DNA of 62,160 bases, counting the filler. It is 6 parts of 6 records of this genome, joined end to end, with 100 filler letters (N's around TTAATTAATTAA, not from the genome) between each part and the next. Parts side by side here need not be neighbours in the genome. Positions count along the whole stretch, not along the records: positions 46,160 to 54,340 come from SRR2962707_1177; positions 54,441 to 62,160 come from SRR2962707_1179; 4 more parts are not named here. One strand, 5' to 3'. Below the pieces are notes generated by a model. It made no database searches, was not told where the DNA came from, and worked only from the letters and a program-made list of their open reading frames with translations. Shown here in pieces: positions 47,803 to 57,400 of the stretch (its first letter is position 1; every line of letters starts with the position of its first letter). The position numbers were made by a program, and so were the translations under genes.

Positions 47803-48486
47803 ATGGCCATCACAACCTGCATCTTTGACGCATACGGGACACTCTTTGATGTCGCCTCTGCCGCGCGCCTTGCGGCCGCAGAACCCGGCCATGATGCACT
47901 CTCAAACTGCTGGAAGGCCCTCGCCGAAGACTGGCGGCTCAAGCAGTTGCAATACACCTGGCTGCGCGCAATCACCCACGAACACACAACGTTCTGGCAG
48001 GTCACGCAGGACGGCCTCGACTGGGCGATGGAGCGTCACGGCCTGCAAAACGACGCCGAACTGCGCGAACGCCTGTTGGCGCTGTACTGGGAACTCGCAG
48101 CCTATGCCGAGGTGCCGGAAATGCTTGCCACGCTCAAGGCGCACGGCAAGACCTGCGCAATCCTGTCCAACGGCAACCCAGATATGCTTGACGGGGCTGT
48201 CGATAGCGCGGGCATCGAAACCTGGCTCGACGCCGTTCTGTCTGTCGACGCCGTACAGATATTCAAGCCTGCCTCCCAGGCCTACGATCTCGTAGGCGAA
48301 CGTTTTGGCTGCGCCCCAACAGAGGTGCTGTTCGTCTCGTCCAACGGCTGGGATGTGGCGGGGGCCGCCGGTTACGGATTCAACACGGTCTGGGTGAACC
48401 GCGCAGGCGACCCGGTCGACCGGCTGCCACATCGCCCGGACCATATTCTGAATAACCTTTCCACAATTCCGGACCTTGCGCGCTGA
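47803..48486 (+). CDS. Haloacid dehalogenase type II (HAD)
   Basis: FDAYGTLFD, WRLKQLQYTW, ILSNG, FKP, FVSSNGWD. Confidence 0.93.
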   Translation: MAITTCIFDAYGTLFDVASAARLAAAEPGHDALSNCWKALAEDWRLKQLQYTWLRAITHEHTTFWQVTQDGLDWAMERHGLQNDAELRERLLALYWELAAYAEVPEMLATLKAHGKTCAILSNGNPDMLDGAVDSAGIETWLDAVLSVDAVQIFKPASQAYDLVGERFGCAPTEVLFVSSNGWDVAGAAGYGFNTVWVNRAGDPVDRLPHRPDHILNNLSTIPDLAR

Positions 48487-49307
48487 TGCCCACCTTCACC
48501 ACCTCGGACCGCGTTACCCTGCACTACACAGAAGAAGGTCAGGGCCTTCCCCTGCTGTGCCTCGCGGGCCTCACCCGGGACCTGCATGACTTTGACGATC
48601 TTGCCCCGCATCTAACCGGTGTCCGGCTGATCCGCCTCGACTATCGTGGCCGTGGCCTGTCTGAATGGGCGAATCCGGCAACCTACACCATCTCGATTGA
48701 GGCGCGCGATGCGCTCGAACTGCTCGACCACCTGAACGTCGACAAGGCGGCAATCCTCGGCACATCACGGGGCGGCCTGATCGCCATGATGCTCGCCGCG
48801 ACAGCCAAGGACCGCCTGCTTGGCGCCGCGCTCAATGACATCGGCCCCGAAATTTCCGAGTCGGGCCTTGATTTCATCAAGACCTATTTGGGTAGGAACC
48901 CGCCGTGGAAAACTTGGGATGACGCGGCTGCGGCCCACGCGCGTGCCGACGATGGCTTTAACAATGTGCCGCTGCCGCGTTGGCGGAAAGAGGCTGAAAG
49001 GCTCTATCGTGAAACACCTGACGGGCTGGTCATCCGCTATGATGCGCGGCTGCGCGACGCGGTACTGTCCACGGGTGCGCAGCCGACGCCAGATCTCTGG
49101 CCGCTGTTCCACGCATTCGAAGGCCTGCCGCTTTGCACTCTGCGCGGGGCAAACTCCAATCTGCTTTCGCCGGAAACCTTCGCCGAAATGCAGCGCCGCC
49201 GCCCCGACATGGTCGCCGCAGAAGTGCCCGACCGTGGCCACATCCCTTTTCTGGACGAACCGCAATCGCTCGCTGCGCTCAACAGCTGGCTAGACTGCAT
49301 TCGCTGA
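48486..49307 (+). CDS. Alpha/beta hydrolase
   Basis: GLTR, DYRGRG, nucleophile elbow GTSRGG, and catalytic His in RGHIP. Confidence 0.9.
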   Translation: MPTFTTSDRVTLHYTEEGQGLPLLCLAGLTRDLHDFDDLAPHLTGVRLIRLDYRGRGLSEWANPATYTISIEARDALELLDHLNVDKAAILGTSRGGLIAMMLAATAKDRLLGAALNDIGPEISESGLDFIKTYLGRNPPWKTWDDAAAAHARADDGFNNVPLPRWRKEAERLYRETPDGLVIRYDARLRDAVLSTGAQPTPDLWPLFHAFEGLPLCTLRGANSNLLSPETFAEMQRRRPDMVAAEVPDRGHIPFLDEPQSLAALNSWLDCIR

Positions 49308-49388
49308 TGACACTGCCATTGCCGAATGCGGCCTCTGGCTAACTCTCATTACAAACACGCAAAATCCAACTCCATCACAGGCCATGCA

Positions 49389-50363
49389 ATGAACATTGAG
49401 ATGATCGAAGCCGCAGCTGGGCGCCTCCGGGGCCACGCACGCCGTACGCCGTTACTGACGTCCCCTTTTCTGGACGAAATCGCGGGCCGCCAAGTTTATG
49501 TCAAGGCGGAGTGCCTGCAACATACCGGCAGCTTCAAATTTCGCGGCGGCTGGTCGGCTGTCTCGGCGCTCTCGCCCGAAATTCGATCCAAGGGCGTCAT
49601 CGCCTTCTCTTCGGGCAACCACGCCCAGGGCGTTGCCCTGGCGGCCCGGGAACACGGCGTTCCTGCCGTCATTATCATGCCCTCTGACGCCCCCCACATG
49701 AAGATCAACAACACCCGCGCTCTGGGTGCCGAGGTGGTCCTATATGACCGTGCGGGTGAGGATCGCGATGCCCTCGGGGCGCGGCTCTCATCCGAACGCG
49801 GCCTCACGCTCATCAAACCCTTTGACGAACCGCAGGTTATCGCGGGTCAGGGCACCACCGGTCTGGAAATCGCCGAAGACGCTGCCGCGCTGAGGATCGA
49901 AAACGCCGATGTCATCGTCTGCTGCGGAGGGGGCGGGCTGACCGCTGGGATTGCCCTCGCGCTTGAGGCCCATGCCCCGTCGCTGCGCGTGCGACCCGCC
50001 GAACCCGAAGGCTTTGATGATGCGGCGCGCTCACTCGTCTCGGGCCAGATTGAACGGAACAGCCGGGTTTCGGGCAGCCTATGTGATGCGATCATCACGC
50101 AGCAGCCCGGCGATATCACGTTTCCAATCCTGCACCGGCTCTGCGGGCCCGGCCTCGTGGTCAGCGAAGACGAGGCACTCCACGCAATGTCCTTGGCATT
50201 TTCCCGCCTCAAGGTCGTGGCCGAACCCGGCGGCGCGGTTGCCCTTGCTGCAGCCCTTTTTCACGCCGACCAGATCGAGGGAACAGCAGTCATCGTCACA
50301 ATATCCGGCGGCAACGTCGACCCTGAAGTCTTTGCACAGGCGTTGAACCGGTTCCCGGCCTGA
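49389..50363 (+). CDS. Threonine/serine dehydratase (fold-type II PLP)
   Basis: KAECLQHTGSFKFRG, SSGNHAQG, AGQGT, GGGGL, EPGGA, SGGN. Confidence 0.92.
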   Translation: MNIEMIEAAAGRLRGHARRTPLLTSPFLDEIAGRQVYVKAECLQHTGSFKFRGGWSAVSALSPEIRSKGVIAFSSGNHAQGVALAAREHGVPAVIIMPSDAPHMKINNTRALGAEVVLYDRAGEDRDALGARLSSERGLTLIKPFDEPQVIAGQGTTGLEIAEDAAALRIENADVIVCCGGGGLTAGIALALEAHAPSLRVRPAEPEGFDDAARSLVSGQIERNSRVSGSLCDAIITQQPGDITFPILHRLCGPGLVVSEDEALHAMSLAFSRLKVVAEPGGAVALAAALFHADQIEGTAVIVTISGGNVDPEVFAQALNRFPA

Positions 50364-50423
50364 CAATCTGATGCCGACATCCAAGATTTTACTCCACCCG
50401 ACAGCCACAGGAGAGCCTGACCC

Positions 50424-51218
50424 ATGCACATCGTCAACCTTGACGGCATCCGCCTGCACTACCGCATTGACGGGGACCCTGATGGCGCGCCTGTGGTGTT
50501 CTCCAACTCGCTCGGGACTGACCTCCGGCTCTGGGAACAGGTTATCCCACTCATGCCCAAAGGCCTGAAGTTCATCCGCTATGACAAACGCGGCCACGGC
50601 CTGTCAGAGGCTACTGCCGCCCCTTATGGTATGGGTGCACTGGTCTCCGACGCGGAAAAACTGATGGACCATCTGGGTGTCAAGGACGCCATCTTTGTGG
50701 GACTTTCCATCGGGGGCATGATCGCACAGGGGCTTGCGGCCAAACGGCTTGATCTGGTGCGTGCCATCGTGCTGTCGAACACCGGCGCGCGGATCGGCAC
50801 CCGCGACATGTGGGAAAGCCGTATCCAAGCGGTCCGTGACGGCGGTATCGAAGCCTTGGCCGATCCGACGATGGCACGCTGGTTTTCTGCCTCTTTCCGC
50901 CAGACCGACGCATTCACTGCCTGGCGCAACATGCTGGTCCGGCAGCCGGTCGACGGTTATGTCGGATGCTGTACCGCAATTTCCGGCACCGACTTCATGG
51001 CAACAACGGCCGCCCTGCGCCTGCCTGCTCTTGGTATTGCAGGGTCCGAGGACGGAGCGACACCGCCCGATCTTGTCCGCGAAACCGTCGGTCTAATCCC
51101 GGGATCAGAATTTGCCCTGATCCGCGGCGCGGGCCATCTGCCCTGTGTCGAAAAGCCCGAAGAATATGCACGCATCCTGTCGGACTTTTTCACCCGACTG
51201 GGCCACGCCAACGACTGA
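50424..51218 (+). CDS. pcaD: 3-oxoadipate enol-lactonase-like hydrolase
   Basis: FSNSLGTD, YDKRGHG, GLSIGG, RWF, AGHLPCVE; AGGAG RBS. Confidence 0.85.
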   Translation: MHIVNLDGIRLHYRIDGDPDGAPVVFSNSLGTDLRLWEQVIPLMPKGLKFIRYDKRGHGLSEATAAPYGMGALVSDAEKLMDHLGVKDAIFVGLSIGGMIAQGLAAKRLDLVRAIVLSNTGARIGTRDMWESRIQAVRDGGIEALADPTMARWFSASFRQTDAFTAWRNMLVRQPVDGYVGCCTAISGTDFMATTAALRLPALGIAGSEDGATPPDLVRETVGLIPGSEFALIRGAGHLPCVEKPEEYARILSDFFTRLGHAND

Positions 51219-51601
51219 CTCAGTGCGGGGTACGCACAGGTGCCCCACTGCCTGCTGATCCACGGATCATGTCAAGTGGCCTGGTTGTCATCCCCTAACT
51301 ATTCACACCGCGCAAGCCACAAGGGCGACCCTTGCCGGTACATATAAATCTGTCCCCCGTATTTGGACCAGATTGCCAGGGGCTTAATTCGGAGCTCCTA
51401 TCAGGCATCGGTTTGTCGGAATTGTCTTTTTACGTCTTCAGGACGAGAAGAGGCTCCAGGATATACCTAGCTCGGATTACCCATCTGAGCGTACAACCCT
51501 CATTGCACCGGAGATGATCCTCCTCCCAGGCGCTTCCCTATTTCTTGGGGCGGACTACGCATATAGAGGGCTCAATCACCACAAGGATCCAAGGACACCC
51601 C

Positions 51602-52924
51602 ATGCCCGCTTCCCCTTTTGACAGCGCCCATCTTTCAAAACTCTTCGACACTGGCGAGGTTGCAAGACTTTTTTCAGACAGCGCCGAAATACGTGCCATG
51701 CTTCTGGTCGTGGGTGCACTGGCCAAGGTTCAGGGCGCGGCCGGTATAATTCCCGAACTCAGCGCGGCCGCCATTCACCGCGCCACGCTGGAGATACAAT
51801 TGGATCCCGCCGGCTTGGCAGCGGCAACCGGGCAGGATGGCGTTTCGGTTCCGGCGCTGGTCGCCGGCTTCGGCGCTCTGATGCAGGCCCCGGAACATGC
51901 GCAATACCTGAACTGGGGCGCGACCTCTCAGGACATCCTCGACACGGCGTTGATGTTGCGCCTTCGGCAGGTTCTGGCGCTCTATGACACGGGGCTCGAC
52001 GCGACGCTAAAGGAGCTCGCCACGCTGGCAGATACACATGCCGAAACACCCATGGCCGCCCGCACCTATGGCCAACCCGCGACATCAACGAGTTTTGGCG
52101 CAAAGATGGCGGCATGGGGCTGGCCGCTGCTGACCCTGCTGGCAGAGTTGCGCACAATACGCGCGGCCGGCCTTCCCGTTTCTCTCTCTGGGGCGGCGGG
52201 AACCGCAACCGAACTGGGCGCTGACGCCCCCGCACTGCGCCTTGCGCTGGCAGAGGCCTTGGCCCTTTCGGATCCCGGCCACAGCTGGCACGGTGATCGC
52301 ACGGTGATCCTGCGACTTGCCGCTTGGGTAACGCGTGCCACCACATCCCTAGGTAAAATGGGCGGCGACCTGCTGCTGACCCAGTCCGGGCTGGCCGAGG
52401 TTCGCCTTGGCGACGCCGAAAAATCGTCGTCCATGCCGCAGACACACAACCCGGCGGCACCTTTTGTTCTTGTCGCCCTGTCACAGCACGCGCTGGGACT
52501 CAACACCACCCTGCAGGGCGCGGGGCTGCAACGACCGCAGTACGACGGCGCGGCTTGGTACACCGAATGGCTCACGCTTCCCTCCCTTTGCCTCTGCCTT
52601 TCGTCGGCGTTGAAACATGCACAAAATCTGGCCGAAACACTTACACCGGACACGCGGGCCATGGCTGCGACGCTTGACAGCGCGCAGGGCCTGCAGGCCG
52701 CAAGGGCGCTGTCCTTCACCCTCACAGGCCGCATGTCGCACCAGGATGCTCAGGCAGAGGTTAGCGCCCTCTGCAAGGAAGTCACCGCCAACGGCACCCA
52801 GCTACGCGACGCGGCCCTTTTGCGCTGGCCTGACCTACCAACTGACCTGTTACAGCCGGGATCACAGATGGGGCATGCACCGCATGAGGCACTCGCTTTT
52901 GCGGCTGCTGTACGCGCCCTCTGA
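51602..52924 (+). CDS. pcaB: 3-carboxy-cis,cis-muconate cycloisomerase / adenylosuccinate-lyase-family protein with degenerate catalytic motifs (possible incipient pseudogene)
   Basis: WGATSQDI.DT, ARTYGQ.A, GAAGT and SWH are present. The family signature SSxMPxKxN reads SSSMPQTHN. Confidence 0.7.
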   Translation: MPASPFDSAHLSKLFDTGEVARLFSDSAEIRAMLLVVGALAKVQGAAGIIPELSAAAIHRATLEIQLDPAGLAAATGQDGVSVPALVAGFGALMQAPEHAQYLNWGATSQDILDTALMLRLRQVLALYDTGLDATLKELATLADTHAETPMAARTYGQPATSTSFGAKMAAWGWPLLTLLAELRTIRAAGLPVSLSGAAGTATELGADAPALRLALAEALALSDPGHSWHGDRTVILRLAAWVTRATTSLGKMGGDLLLTQSGLAEVRLGDAEKSSSMPQTHNPAAPFVLVALSQHALGLNTTLQGAGLQRPQYDGAAWYTEWLTLPSLCLCLSSALKHAQNLAETLTPDTRAMAATLDSAQGLQAARALSFTLTGRMSHQDAQAEVSALCKEVTANGTQLRDAALLRWPDLPTDLLQPGSQMGHAPHEALAFAAAVRAL

Positions 52925-53230
52925 CGGGCCCAAGGGCGATACGGACCCACAGACATATTCCCTTTCTGAATGCGCCTGCCTGCGACAATGCCAGACCATG
53001 GCCCCATGAATAAGCACAGGCAAAGGCTGTCGCATTCGTGCTTGTGTCAACTGTCATCGCGTCGCAGGCTGCCTCATAGCGCCAGAACCTTAATCACCCC
53101 TCACACCCGCTTGGTGCGTTTGATACATAAGGCCGCAAATATTCCCGGGGAGTCGCCCGTCAGGGCAGCGCCCCCAGATCCAGTCGGATCGCGCAAGCGA
53201 TCCGAAACCCGCCCAACAGGAACCACGCCG

Positions 53231-54340
53231 GTGAAACTCAAGAACCTCGACATCATCGTCACCGCCCGCCCCGCCCGCGCCGGGGCGGGCGCCACTGGAT
53301 CCTTGTCAAACTGACCACCGATGATGGGATCGCCGGCTGAGGCGAATGTTATGCAGGCTGTGATCCGCGATGTGTCCGAACGGCATTTCCTCGACCAGAG
53401 TCCCGAAGATATCGAATTGCTCTTCAGTCGCACCTTCATCTCGGGCTTTACCCAGCGCCCCGATCTGACGGTGAAGGGCACTTTCTCGGGCCTGGAGATC
53501 GCCTGTTGGAATATGCTTGGCAAGGCGCGCGACCGTCCTGTCTGGGTACTCTTGGGCGGTATGGCGAATCCAAGCATTCGCGCCTACACATACCTCTACC
53601 CGCTGGCCCATCACACTCTGACCGATTTCTGGAACGATGCGGATCAGGCTGCGGAATCCGCGATCGATCTGGTGCTGCGCGGCTATACGGCGTTGAAATT
53701 TGACCCTGCCGGGCCTTATACGATCCACGGCGGCCACCAGCCTGCTATGTCCGACATTTCGCGATCTGTCGCCTTTAGCGAGGCGGTGGACGACCGTGCC
53801 GATCTGCTTTTCGGCACACACGGACAATTCACCACCTCTGGTGTCATCCGGCTGGGCCAGGCCATCAAACCCTACCTGCCGCTTTGCTAAGAAGAGCCAT
53901 CCCGCCCGACAACTTGCTTGAGTTTCAGGAGGTCGCACGCGCAGTTCGCATTCCCATCGCCACGGGCGAACGCCTGACCACATCGCAACCCTGTTGCGGA
54001 CGATCGGTGTCAAGATCCTGCAACCCGCCTTGGGCCGTTACGGCGGGCTATGGAAAACAAAGAAGATCGCCGCCATGACCGAAGCCTTCAATGCCGAAAT
54101 GGCGCCGTAGCTGTACGCCGGGCCAGTTGAGTGGGCGGCAAACGTGCATTTCTCCGCTTCCATTCCAAACCTGCTGTTGGCGGAAACCATCGAAACACCG
54201 TTCCATTCAGCCCTGATCAAAAACGGCACCCAGATTGAAAACGGCTATATTTTGCCGCCAATGGCCCCCGGATTTGGACGAAGCGCTGGCCCGCACGCAT
54301 CCCTATACCGGAACCCTCCTGCATCTGCAGATGCAGGAGG
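53231..54340 (+). pseudogene. Mandelate racemase/muconate lactonizing (enolase superfamily) pseudogene
   Basis: Homologous blocks (MKLKNLDIIVTA, WILVKLTTD, SGFTQRPD, SGLEIACW, KFDPAGPY, FGTHGQF, IATGERL, LYAGPVEWAAN) are split over several frames. In-frame stops: TGA (~53338), TAA (53888-53890), TAG (54108-54110). Confidence 0.88.
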
Positions 54341-54440
54341 NNNNNNNNNNNNNNNNNNNNNNNNNNNNNNNNNNNNNNNNNNNNTTAATTAATTAANNNN
54401 NNNNNNNNNNNNNNNNNNNNNNNNNNNNNNNNNNNNNNNN
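54341..54440. other. Artificial contig linker (bacterium/eukaryote boundary)
   Basis: N44-TTAATTAATTAA-N44, followed by a (GCAC)n repeat. Confidence 0.99.
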
Positions 54441-54493
54441 ACACGCACGCACGCACGCACGCACACGCACTGAGAAAGAAATAGGGCAGAGCG

Positions 54494-57400
54494 ATGGCCA
54501 CGGCTGCCGCTGCGTCTCCCTCGAGTGTGGACGGGAATTCGCCCTCACCCTACCGTCGGTTCTCCACCCGCCACCGCTCCCGCAACGCTGGCGCAAGTGC
54601 AAACGGAGCTGCAGGGAGCGGTGCGGGCATGGGCGAAACAGAGTCTCCTGCAAGGCCCATGCAGTACGGTGCCTTCTTCAAGCACTTTGACGACGTGCCC
54701 AAGGAGTATCAGCAGACAGCCACGGCCTCCACGTTCGATGAGAAGCTGTTCGAGGTCAACGACAAGGACGAGGCAGCCGCTCGGTTCACGGACTTGTACT
54801 ACGCGCTGCTGTTCTTAGGTGTTATGTATTTCAGCACGCTGCCCAGCTGGGTGTTGTTGTCAGGGAACTACCTCTGCTGCGATCAAATCAATTCCACTGC
54901 CAGGAAAGCGTGCGTGCAAGTCGGCCGCAGCAACGACACGTTCGGCTGCTTTGACGGCATTGTGAATGGCACTCCTGTGGCAACCACAGAAATTTATCAG
55001 GTGAGTGAGTGTGCGCTTTCCATCGTCGTTCTCGTCGTTGATGTTAACCCCCGTGAATTTTCTTTTCGTGTTGATTGTGCCCACTGTCGCCTTCTTGCTT
55101 CATTGCAAATTTGCTCATATTTTTTATGCCTTGTTGAATGTGCCCACAAAGACAAATTTCGATGCACTCTTTTGGGGAGTCAGCACCGCTTCATATGGGG
55201 TTGCGCTACTTTTTTGGATTGCCATGTACAGTCTGGTCTCGGCAAATGTGTGCATCCATACCACCAAGCGACTGTCCCAGGTTCTCTTCGTCTGGATCAC
55301 TATCGTGGGGTGCATGGTGTCCGTGTTTGATATCCTCACAGAAACGGCGGGCCTGGCAGCTGGGCAGCTCTTCACTGAGCTGGCTTACGTGTTTTTGTTC
55401 AGCAAAATGAGTCATGGGCTCTGCTGGGCCAACGCCGTCATTGTGATTCTCGTCAATATTGTGAGCATGATGATTGCCAGGTACATTGCACTGCTTATAC
55501 TTGGGACCTGTTATCAATTTCATTGCGCCTGCTCACCAGCCAGCGTTCACACTGACTTGCGTTCCGTCCTTATGCCTTAGTCGAAGCTACCTAGATCGCG
55601 TGACATTGATTTTGGTGCTATGGGAAGATCCTTCCATGGCGAAGGTGTACGACACTTGCGTAGTGGTTGTCACTTTTGGATTATTGATTCTCCCGCTACA
55701 CTACCTTCGAGTAAGTAGCCATTGTGCGCGTATGCCCACGCGGCAAGCATTGCGGTGGGCATGGAATCTTTGGTGTTTCTTATGATGCGGCCGAAGTTCC
55801 TAGCTGTAGAGTCCTTTTCTCGCACACAGCTCACTGTCAATGTACCTCACGTGTGCATGATTAGCCACAAATGCGTTTGAGTCAAAGTGTGGCCTCTCAT
55901 CTCCGCGACGCAATTTCAAAAATGAAGAGCGAAGAAACGTTTCAATTGCAAGTTTTGCAGAATATTTTGCCAAAAGAAATAATCGAGCAGGTGAACGTCG
56001 CACATTGCCGCTGTCGAATGACCTGCTTGTCGCCCCTAGAACCCTCAGAGCTTACAGTTACACAATTGGACCGTGCTGCTTGCTGTGCCAGGTCAGCAGC
56101 AACGGCTCAACTTTTTCTTCGGAGCACGAGCTTTGTACCATCATGTTTGCTCACATCGATGGATCAGACCAGGTCGGCGAGCATTGTTTCGTATATATTG
56201 CTTTTTCACTGTCTTTGTCCGGCGAGCTTGGAATCCGCGAGCTTGCATCGATTTTGTTGGCTGACTTGTGCGGTTCTTGTCGGTATCAACGGTTCAAGGT
56301 GTCCGAAAACGCCGAGGAATGCTACTCGTTTCTACACGATTTGATATGCAGACTCGACGACATTTGCCCGCAGTTCGGGGTGGAGAAAATTAAGACAATT
56401 GGTGCGACGTACATGGTCGCCTCCGGGATTCCAGAAGAAAGCGAGTCTCATGCAGACAACATTGCGATGCTTGCCTTTGCGATAGCGGAGGAAATCCAGC
56501 GGTACGTTTTTTGCTCGATCGGCGTGGACTTTTGTTCTGCGCATTTCGCTTTCGGTAGCTGCCATTCGTGCCTGATTTTTTTTTCCGGATCTGCGGTACA
56601 TGTAGGTACAACCATGAGATGGAGTCGTCGCTGACGTGGAAAATTGGGATCTGCTCCGGGAAAGCCGTTGCGGGTGTAATCGGAAACACCAAATACACGT
56701 ACGTTGGGTCGGGAGGTGCTGCAAAGCTAATGCACCTGCCGTGTTTTCTGCGTGATTGATGCCTTCCTATTTGTTATTGAAGGTATGATGTGTTCGGTGA
56801 CACTGTTAACACTGCGAGTCGAATGTACACGCACTGCCCAGTGGGGAAAATTCAAATGACCAAAGAGACGGTCGACTGCCTTTCGGACTGGTTCACTTGG
56901 AAGCCCAATCCTCTTGGTAACACATTGTTTTCGGTGGTTTTGTTGGTTTACTATGTCGACGCCGACCCGTTTGGACTCATAGAGTGTGCTGAATGGTGGG
57001 ATTGCCAGGAAAAATGGTGATAAAGGGCAAAGGGATGATGTTGACTTACTTTTTGACGAGTGTGCGTGTTTATACTTGAAAGCCGCGTGTGTGCTGTGGT
57101 ATCTATCCAGTTGCCAATTGGCTGTGCTAAGTACCTCACGAATTTCACCGTTGCTCGTCCCATTGCTAGTCAGCTAAAACCACGTCAGAGTATCGACGTA
57201 TCCACAAGCGACGTGGTCACAATTCAAAAATGCTTAGCGGATCCCCATCCCCATCTTTTGGTTCTGCACGTGGTGGCAGCAGTATGGAGGTTTGTGTTTC
57301 ATCGCCATACGCGGCAACACGCGGTGACTCCAGCAAAACCTGAGCGTAAATTGAACAACATCGTTTGGTTGTTTCTTTTGCGTTAGGGCTCGGCTGCTGC

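Noticed and set aside
47529..48005. N-terminal extension of the FKBP ORF to 301 aa
   Set aside because: It overlaps the divergent HAD gene and promoter; homology starts at MTEVK (47528).
53143..53183. TPP riboswitch-like start (GGGGAGTC...GGGC)
   Set aside because: It lacks the CTGAGA and downstream conserved TPP core.
33038..54340. Horizontal transfer of bacterial operons into the eukaryote
   Set aside because: No sequence continuity; the junctions are artificial linkers.
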